Below are positions 56,842 to 64,000 of a stretch of DNA of 64,000 bases, piece after piece. Source of the stretch: Candidatus Micrarchaeia archaeon (lineage in GTDB: Archaea > Micrarchaeota > Micrarchaeia > Anstonellales > Bilamarchaeaceae); the NCBI GenBank assembly GCA_041649555.1, contig JBAZMS010000001.1:11122-75121 (forward strand), read 5' to 3'. Under the pieces are notes generated by a model. The model was not told the DNA's origin. It ran no database searches and was given only the letters and a program-made list of their open reading frames with translations. The position numbers and the translations under genes are program-made. Numbering within the stretch: the first letter of the stretch is position 1; each line of letters opens with the position of its first letter.

Positions 56842-59436
56842 ATGGATTTCTATAAGACCCCTATTGTAGATTCATTTGAAAAACTCCAAACATTAAAATC
56901 CGGCCTTTCAAAAACCGAAGCAGAAAAAAGACTAAAAAAATACGGCCCGAATGAAACCACAAAGCCGAAAAAATTATCCGAAATTTCCTTATTCCTCAGC
57001 CAATTCAAAAATTTTATTGTATATGTGCTGATTTTTGCAGCAGTTGTTTCCTATTTTGTCGGTGAGGAAAAAGATGCAATAGTAATAGGGGTAATTATCA
57101 TCCTTAATGTTTGTCTTGGATTTTTTCAGGAATATAACGCAGAAAAATCCATAGAGGCGCTAAGAAAGCTTTCAAATCCAAAATCAATTGTCCTAAGAGA
57201 TGGAAAAACAATAGAAATAGATTCAAAAGATATCGTTATCGGAGATATAATCCTGATTGAAGAAGGTTCGTATATTCCTGCAGACGCAAGGGTTATAGAA
57301 TCAAATTCCCTTGTAATTGATGAAAGCACCTTTAGCGGAGAGTCTGCTCCGGTTTCAAAATCTTCAAAAACAATAGAAAAGGAATGCACACTTGCAGACA
57401 GGGTAAATATTGCATATGCAGGGACACTGGCAGTTAGAGGAAGGGGAAGGGCAGTTGTTTTTGCCACAGGAATGAATACTGAAATTGGAAAAATTGCGCA
57501 AAAAATAGAAGAAGAGCCGCTAAAAACAACACCCCTTCAAAAACAGCTTAATTCTCTTGGAGTATACATTACTATTCTTATACTTTTAATATGTGCAATA
57601 ATTGTTCTCATTCAATTTTATCTTGGAAAAGATCTTTTTGAGTCATTTTTGGTTGCAGTTGCGCTTTCTGTTGCTGCAATTCCAGAAGGGCTGCCGGCAG
57701 TAATAACAATTACTCTTGCCCTTGGAACCCAAAGAATGGTCAAAAAAAATGCGCTGATTAGAAGGCTTCCTGCAGTAGAAACCCTTGGGAGCACAACAGT
57801 AATCTGTACAGATAAAACAGGAACAATAACCAAAAATGAGATGACCGTAACAAAAATATTTTCCTGCGGAAAAATTCTTGATGCCACAGGAACAGGATAC
57901 AATTTAGAAGGAGAATTTTTATTGAATGGAAAAAAACTTTCAGATCTAAAAGAACACAAATTCCTTTTTGAGGCAGGACTTCTCTGCAATAATGCAATTA
58001 TCGATGGCCCGTCAGATCCAACTGAAAAAGCGATACTCGTTGCCTCCAAAAAATCCAAATTTAACCCGGAATACAAAAGAATCGAGGAGGTTCCTTTCAG
58101 TTCAGAAGAAAAATATATGCTGACAATTCATCAGAATGGGAATGAAAAAATCTCATATGCAAAAGGAGCGCCAGAAGTGATACTCTCAATGTGCAGCGGG
58201 GTTTATTCCAGGGATAAAATAATCCCCCTAAATTCAACTGAAAAGAAAAAAATTGAAGACGCCTATTTTAAAATGGCCTCAGATGCCCTAAGAGTAATTG
58301 CCCTGGCGTATAATCCAAAAGGAAATAAGAAAGATCTTATTTTTTTGGGTCTTATGGGCATGATTGATCCCCCGAGAGAAAATGTTAAAGAATCAATTGA
58401 GCAGTGCAAAATTGCAGGAATAAAGGTTGTAATGATCACAGGGGATCATTCTATTACTGCAAAAGCAATTGCAAAAGAGGTTGGAATAATTGGAAAGGTA
58501 ATAACAGGGCAGGAGCTTGATAATTTAGATGAAAAGGAGTTTGAAAAAGAGGTTGAAGAGATTGGGATTTATGCACGGGTAAGCCCTGAAAATAAAAGGA
58601 GAATTGTAAAAACCCTGAAAAATAAGGGGCATATTGTTGCAATGATCGGAGACGGGGTAAATGATGCAACAGCCCTTAAACTTTCAGATATAGGAACCTC
58701 AGTTGGCTCTGGAACCGAAGTATCCAAACAGGCATCAGATATGGTTTTATTGGATGATAATTTTACTTCAATTGTTTTGGCAGTAATGGAGGGCAGGTCA
58801 ATTTTTTCAAACATAAAAAAATTTATTAATTTTCTTTTTTCCTGCAATCTTTCAGAAGTTTTAGTCATATTTCTTGCCCTCTTAATAGGATTTCCCCTTC
58901 CGTTAATTGCAATACAAATTTTATGGATGAATCTTTTGACAGACGGGCTTCCGGCGCTTGCCCTTGGAATCGATCCAACCGATAAAAATGAAATGAGAAA
59001 ACCCCCCAGAAAAAAGAATGAAAAGATAATACAGGCAAATGACCTTCAGCTGATTCTCTCACAGGCATTTATTATGACTGCAGGGGTTTTGTTTTTGTTT
59101 AATTATTATCTTCCATTCGGGCTTGATTATGCAAGAACTGTTGCATTCTTTTCTTTGGTGATGTTTCAGCTTTTCAATGTATTCAATTACAGGGCAGGAG
59201 AAGGTTCGATTTTCTCTGGAAAATTCTTTGAAAACAGGTTTCTGTTGCTGGCAGTACTTTTTTCAGTAATTCTCCAGTTTGCGGCAGTTGAGATTTTCAC
59301 TGATGTTTTTGAAACTGTTTCATTGAAATTTTTTGATGTGTTGTTTGTTGTTTTGGTTTCATCATCAGTTTTGTTATTTTTTGAGCTTATAAAACTGATA
59401 AAAAAATTTTCAAATAACTCGGTTTCTGGAAACTAG
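56842..59436 (+). CDS. P-type ATPase IIA (Ca2+-transporting type)
   Basis: SGES, PEGL, DKTGT, KGAPE, DPPR, TGD, GDGVND, QILWMNLLTD. Confidence 0.93.
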   Translation: MDFYKTPIVDSFEKLQTLKSGLSKTEAEKRLKKYGPNETTKPKKLSEISLFLSQFKNFIVYVLIFAAVVSYFVGEEKDAIVIGVIIILNVCLGFFQEYNAEKSIEALRKLSNPKSIVLRDGKTIEIDSKDIVIGDIILIEEGSYIPADARVIESNSLVIDESTFSGESAPVSKSSKTIEKECTLADRVNIAYAGTLAVRGRGRAVVFATGMNTEIGKIAQKIEEEPLKTTPLQKQLNSLGVYITILILLICAIIVLIQFYLGKDLFESFLVAVALSVAAIPEGLPAVITITLALGTQRMVKKNALIRRLPAVETLGSTTVICTDKTGTITKNEMTVTKIFSCGKILDATGTGYNLEGEFLLNGKKLSDLKEHKFLFEAGLLCNNAIIDGPSDPTEKAILVASKKSKFNPEYKRIEEVPFSSEEKYMLTIHQNGNEKISYAKGAPEVILSMCSGVYSRDKIIPLNSTEKKKIEDAYFKMASDALRVIALAYNPKGNKKDLIFLGLMGMIDPPRENVKESIEQCKIAGIKVVMITGDHSITAKAIAKEVGIIGKVITGQELDNLDEKEFEKEVEEIGIYARVSPENKRRIVKTLKNKGHIVAMIGDGVNDATALKLSDIGTSVGSGTEVSKQASDMVLLDDNFTSIVLAVMEGRSIFSNIKKFINFLFSCNLSEVLVIFLALLIGFPLPLIAIQILWMNLLTDGLPALALGIDPTDKNEMRKPPRKKNEKIIQANDLQLILSQAFIMTAGVLFLFNYYLPFGLDYARTVAFFSLVMFQLFNVFNYRAGEGSIFSGKFFENRFLLLAVLFSVILQFAAVEIFTDVFETVSLKFFDVLFVVLVSSSVLLFFELIKLIKKFSNNSVSGN

Positions 59437-59527
59437 CCGGAATTAATTGTGTTAACCTATGGTTTTTTAAATATTTTTAATTATAAGTATAATATAACTA
59501 ATTAATTAGATCCCAAATAATTCCATA

Positions 59528-59920
59528 ATGTGTTTTATTATGTACCGCTGTTTTAAAAGAAATCTCCAAGGAAGAGAGATTAAAATATATAAAAAGGGAG
59601 TTTTCTTCAAAACTGCCAATGTTCTTTTTGAAGATGCTAATGGAAAAATTTTAGTTATTGCAAAAAAATATCCCTGTTCAAAAGGGCAGTATGTAATCGA
59701 AATCAAGGGCTTTAAAACAGATGCAAACTATTCAAGGAATGCAAAAAGATATTCAACAATCGAGCTTCCAGCGCAAACTGATACATCAAGAAAAATCCAA
59801 GGAAATCTCCAAATGATACAAGATGCCATTTCAAAAAAACCAGAACTTTCATTTTTGTGGAATGTAATCAAAGAGGTTGCAAACCTGATAAAAGACAACA
59901 TTACGCAAGGGGATGACTGA
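59528..59920 (+). CDS. Hypothetical protein
   Basis: 130-aa ORF filling an intergenic gap; start uncertain. Confidence 0.45.
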   Translation: MCFIMYRCFKRNLQGREIKIYKKGVFFKTANVLFEDANGKILVIAKKYPCSKGQYVIEIKGFKTDANYSRNAKRYSTIELPAQTDTSRKIQGNLQMIQDAISKKPELSFLWNVIKEVANLIKDNITQGDD

Positions 59921-59997
59921 ATTGCCTGCAATAACTATCTTTTTAAATATTTACTATATTAAAGAGTATTAATCTAAATACCTCCCAGGTGTTTTAT

Positions 59998-60636
59998 ATG
60001 GAAAAATTAAATATTGATTCTGAAAATGCTAAAAAAACAGGAACAACCACAGTAGGCCTTGTTTCAACTGACGGAATAGTTCTTGCCTCGGATAGAAGGG
60101 CAACAATGGGCTATTTGATTGCAAGCAAAGATATTGATAAGATATTTGAAATAGGAGACGGAATAGGAATGACTGTTGCAGGCAGCGTAGGAGATGCCCA
60201 GAAACTTGTAAGATGGATGAGAGCAGAACTCCAGCTCTATAAATTAAAACACGGAAAACAAATTACAATGGATGCTGCATCAACTCTTCTTGCAAATATA
60301 TTGTCCCAATATAAATTTTATCCGTTTTATGTCCAGCTTTTAATCGGAGGAATTGATAAAACCGGAGGTCATCTCTATAGTGTTGATATGCTTGGAGGAG
60401 TAACAGAAGAAAAACTTACAAGCACAGGTTCAGGCTCTCCAATTGCATACGGTGTTTTGGAAGAATTATATTCAGAATCTTATGACTGCATTCAAAATTC
60501 AAAAGTTGCAGCAAAAGCAGTTTCTGCAGCAATGAAAAGAGATGCAGCATCAGGAGAACGAGTCGATTTGGTAGTAATAGATAAAAAAGGATTTAGAAGA
60601 TTAACAAAAGAAGAAGTCAAAAAATTTGTTCATTGA
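59998..60636 (+). CDS. psmB: Proteasome beta subunit
   Basis: KTGTTTVG, DRRAT, AGSVGDAQ, TGSGS, RDAASG. Confidence 0.96.
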   Translation: MEKLNIDSENAKKTGTTTVGLVSTDGIVLASDRRATMGYLIASKDIDKIFEIGDGIGMTVAGSVGDAQKLVRWMRAELQLYKLKHGKQITMDAASTLLANILSQYKFYPFYVQLLIGGIDKTGGHLYSVDMLGGVTEEKLTSTGSGSPIAYGVLEELYSESYDCIQNSKVAAKAVSAAMKRDAASGERVDLVVIDKKGFRRLTKEEVKKFVH

Positions 60637-60728
60637 TTTTTTTATTTTTTTATATACTCTATTTTGGCGTATCCATAACTGCGCCTTGAATAACAAATAA
60701 CCACAAAAAACAAGCAATGTGATTTTAT

Positions 60729-62624
60729 ATGAAATTTAAACAAGTGGAAAAAATAGTAAAAGATATAATGCCCCCTGAATGCCAGGTGGTTTCAGTAGTT
60801 ACAGAAGGACTAATAATTGCAATATATGTAAAGGACATCCATGCATTTTACCGAAATGACCAGCTCATAAACCAGCTGGCATCAGCCCTAAAAAAGAAAG
60901 TGGTTGTAAGAGTTGATCCTTCTGCGTTAATGAATGAGGCAGAAGCACAAAAGAAAATAGAATCCATAGTCTCAACCGATGCATCAATATCAAGCATTTT
61001 ATTTAACACTCCGTTTTCAGAAGTATATATAGAAGCACTAAAACCAGGGCTTGTAATTGGAAAATACGGAAGCCTTCTAAAAGAAATCGTTCTTTCAACA
61101 GGATGGTCTCCAAAAGTTTTAAGGACCCCTACAATTCCTTCTGCAACCCTGAACGGAATTCGAAAAAGCTTTATTGCAGGAGCAGAGGAGAGAAAAAAAT
61201 TCCTTGGAAACCTTGGAAAAAAAATATTTCAGGATCCAATAAAAAATGAGTGGGTCAGGGCAACTGCACTTGGAGGATTTGGCGAAGTTGGAAGATCCTG
61301 CCTTCTTGTTGAAACCCAGTCAAGCAGGGTTTTAATCGACTGCGGGATAAATCCTGTCAGTGAAGACCCAAAAAAAGCATACCCTCTTCTCAATCTTTTG
61401 AATTTTCAATTAGACCAGCTTGATGCAGTAATAATAAGCCATGCGCATACAGACCACATGGGCTTTCTTCCCTATCTTTTTGCATATGGATATGAAGGGC
61501 CTGTTTACTGCACACCGCCAACAAGGGATTTAATGATTTTACTTCAACAGGATTATCTAAATCTTGCAAACCGGAATATAAATTTAAAAGCTCCCTATGC
61601 AAAAAAAGATATCCAAAAAGAAATAAAATATATTGTTCCTGTTGATTACGAGGAGGTTGTAGATATCACCCCTGAAATTAAAATGACTCTTTATAATGCA
61701 GGACATATCCTTGGAAGCGCAATGGTGCATTTGCATATCGGAGATGGTGCGCACAATCTGGTTTACACTGGAGATATGAAATTTGGGTTTACCCGTCTTT
61801 TTGATCCTGCGCAGACAAATTTTCGAAGGGCAGAAACCTTATTTATAGAAAGTACTTATGGAGGAAAAGACAATATATTGATGAATAGAAGGGATATGGA
61901 AATCAGATTGACACAGGTAATAAAAGAAACCATTGCAGCAGGAGGGCATGTTCTTATCCCTGTTTTTGCAGTCGGAAGAAGCCAGGAAATGCTTTTGGTT
62001 TTAGAGCAGAATCTTGCAAAAGACCCTGATTTCAATTCCCCTGTTTATATTGACGGAATGGTTTTGGAGGCATCAGCAATCCATACTGCCTATCCGGAAT
62101 ATTTAAGAGAATCCCTTCAGAGAAGGATACTTTCAAATAATTCTCCATTCGAATGGGATAAAATAAAGGTTGCAAAAGGAGAGGATAAGAAAACAATACT
62201 TGAAGGACCTCCGGGAGTTTTTGTTGCTCCATCCGGAATGCTTGCAGGCGGACCCTCTTTGGAGTATTTCAAAATGCTTGCAGAAGATGCTAAAAATACA
62301 ATTCTTTTTGTCGGGTATCAAAGCCCGATGTCTTTTGGTTCCAAAGTCCAAAATGGAATGAAAGAAATCCCGATTATTGATGAGGATGGAAAAACAAAAA
62401 TACTTAATGTGAATATGCGCGTTGAAACTGTTGAAGGATTTTCCGGGCACAGCGACCGCGCGCAATTAATGGCATTTATGAAAAATATGAGACCGACTCC
62501 TAATCGGATAATTACAATGCACGGGGATAATATGAAAACAGAAGATCTTGCCCGTTCTGCTTCGCTAATGCTTAAAAGGCAGTCCGATGCAATGATGGAT
62601 ATGGAGTCATACAGATTAAGATAA
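60729..62624 (+). CDS. Beta-CASP ribonuclease aCPSF1 (FttA)
   Basis: KH domain KPGLVIGK, HAHTDH, AGHILGS, ESTYG, FSGHSD; follows psmB. Confidence 0.94.
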   Translation: MKFKQVEKIVKDIMPPECQVVSVVTEGLIIAIYVKDIHAFYRNDQLINQLASALKKKVVVRVDPSALMNEAEAQKKIESIVSTDASISSILFNTPFSEVYIEALKPGLVIGKYGSLLKEIVLSTGWSPKVLRTPTIPSATLNGIRKSFIAGAEERKKFLGNLGKKIFQDPIKNEWVRATALGGFGEVGRSCLLVETQSSRVLIDCGINPVSEDPKKAYPLLNLLNFQLDQLDAVIISHAHTDHMGFLPYLFAYGYEGPVYCTPPTRDLMILLQQDYLNLANRNINLKAPYAKKDIQKEIKYIVPVDYEEVVDITPEIKMTLYNAGHILGSAMVHLHIGDGAHNLVYTGDMKFGFTRLFDPAQTNFRRAETLFIESTYGGKDNILMNRRDMEIRLTQVIKETIAAGGHVLIPVFAVGRSQEMLLVLEQNLAKDPDFNSPVYIDGMVLEASAIHTAYPEYLRESLQRRILSNNSPFEWDKIKVAKGEDKKTILEGPPGVFVAPSGMLAGGPSLEYFKMLAEDAKNTILFVGYQSPMSFGSKVQNGMKEIPIIDEDGKTKILNVNMRVETVEGFSGHSDRAQLMAFMKNMRPTPNRIITMHGDNMKTEDLARSASLMLKRQSDAMMDMESYRLR

Positions 62625-62632
62625 AAGAAAGA

Positions 62633-63982
62633 TTACCAGTGCCGTATATAATCATAATTTTTTATTGTTGGCGGAGCTGGAAGTTTTCCTTCTTTTTCGT
62701 ATTTTAATTGCAAAGGTATATATCTTTCTCTAATCTCACGCTTGAGTTCTTCAGAACAATCAATGTTTGGATCAAAAAATTTCAGACTTACTTCCTTTAA
62801 ACTATTTGATGGAAACGCCTTATAATACTGGGATAATTTTTTATGTATATTTTCTTGCCCGAAAATTTCTATTCCAAGCTCGTTACTTAGATATTTAAGC
62901 AAATATTCCGAGGCAAATGCATTTCCCTCTTCATTCCAATGGTCATCATTTGCGAATCTCAATTTTCTTGGGCCCTTATAATCTCTAAAAATAGGCCACA
63001 AGTCAATAACCTGCACTCCCCACTCTTCAAAAAATTGCCTTATAAAGGCATTATGTTCATCGCCATACCGGTCATCAACTGCGTATGGAGTTGTAACTAC
63101 ATAAAATTTATCTCCGTCAGCTTTGATTTGAGCTATCATTTTATCCATAATAACAGTAAAAAGTTTAACTGCATCGGAATTTCTATGGTCTATAATTTTA
63201 CTTTTATCTTTTCTTGATTCCTTATAATGTTGAACCCTCTCGCCTTCTACTTTTTCATAATCCCATTTTTTGTAATAATCAAAAAAGCTTGTTCCATATT
63301 TCGTATTCCAGAAAGCCTGCAATTTTTTCATAGCCTCCAATACATAATATGTTGTGTATAATTTGCTCAATTGGGTTTTTACAAATCCTCGTTCTTTGGA
63401 AGGGCAGTGAACTAGATTTCCTTTTTTATCAAGCGTTAATAATTTATTTATCATCATATCTTCCAAATCATTTTGGCAATAAAAATAAATTATTATATCA
63501 GGGTCCATTGCCCTTGCCTCATCCCTGTAGAATAAATAAATCTGCTCTGTTGCGTAATTTTCAATGCCATAATTTAAAATCTCAAATTTTCTGCCATTTG
63601 GTATTGTAGCATAGTTTAGCAGATAATCTAAAACTTCACTAACCCCATATTGAACTTCCATTCTTATATTTTCAAGAAAAGAATCCCCCATAGCTGCAAT
63701 TCGCATGGTGTTTTCTCCCTTGCTTAAAGTAAAATCCCTATGCTGTCTTAATGTCAATCCATTATGGATTGAAATGTATTCTGTTTTGTTTTCTAGATGA
63801 ATATTTTTACTTATTGTATACGCGCCGTTTCTAAATATTCTTGATTTTTCATAATGATAATGCCTGTCTACTAGATTTTGTATGTCCGGCCTGATCTGCC
63901 TTAATGCAATCTCCATTCCTCCAAATAAAAGTGCTGTTGTTATTATTGTTGAAGCTAAAAGAAGCGTCCCGCTTTTTAGCAT
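62633..63982 (-). CDS. Membrane-anchored SGNH/GDSL hydrolase (AlgJ/AlgX-like); may begin beyond the window edge
   Basis: GDSF, NYG, ND, DDHWNEEG; frame stays open to position 64000. Confidence 0.75.
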   Translation of the reverse strand: MLKSGTLLLASTIITTALLFGGMEIALRQIRPDIQNLVDRHYHYEKSRIFRNGAYTISKNIHLENKTEYISIHNGLTLRQHRDFTLSKGENTMRIAAMGDSFLENIRMEVQYGVSEVLDYLLNYATIPNGRKFEILNYGIENYATEQIYLFYRDEARAMDPDIIIYFYCQNDLEDMMINKLLTLDKKGNLVHCPSKERGFVKTQLSKLYTTYYVLEAMKKLQAFWNTKYGTSFFDYYKKWDYEKVEGERVQHYKESRKDKSKIIDHRNSDAVKLFTVIMDKMIAQIKADGDKFYVVTTPYAVDDRYGDEHNAFIRQFFEEWGVQVIDLWPIFRDYKGPRKLRFANDDHWNEEGNAFASEYLLKYLSNELGIEIFGQENIHKKLSQYYKAFPSNSLKEVSLKFFDPNIDCSEELKREIRERYIPLQLKYEKEGKLPAPPTIKNYDYIRHW

Positions 63983-64000
63983 TCTTCTGAATATATTTTT

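Noticed and set aside
929..63609. Numerous short antisense or nested ORFs in the six-frame track
   Set aside because: They shadow well-supported genes and carry no recognisable motifs
1..64000. Genome-wide TGA recoding
   Set aside because: ribH, pheT, PCNA and psmB end at TGA at their expected C-termini; only one internal TGA was seen

Overview
AT-rich, densely packed archaeal chromosome segment. The gene set (PolB, PCNA, FEN1, aCPSF1, Pus10, proteasome beta, MetAP2, archaeal RibB/RibC/RibH, intron-containing tRNA-Arg) plus many single-gene orphans suggests a DPANN archaeon such as Micrarchaeota or a relative; this is inference, not a placement. Biosynthesis genes present: purQ/purD/purF, pyrD/pyrK, ribBCHAD, pdxS/pdxT, thiolase/DUF35 and a GGR-like reductase. 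Energy genes: a 2-oxoacid:ferredoxin oxidoreductase and a minimal [FeFe]-hydrogenase. Main signals: (1) an orphan gene with a 74%-GC NNC-codon patch followed by a GAA-loop hairpin, resembling a remote diversity-generating retroelement (DGR) target with an internal variable region; (2) a five-gene operon of Zn-ribbon microprotein, CedA/VirB6-like protein, 2-TM protein, HerA/VirB4 ATPase and a coiled-coil protein ending in a CdvB-type winged helix; (3) a glutamine synthetase homologue that has lost most catalytic residues; (4) a VapBC module between perfect 35-bp direct repeats; (5) several orphan effector-like proteins. All calls come from motif reading by eye; no searches were run. Several starts were moved to a more plausible downstream codon.
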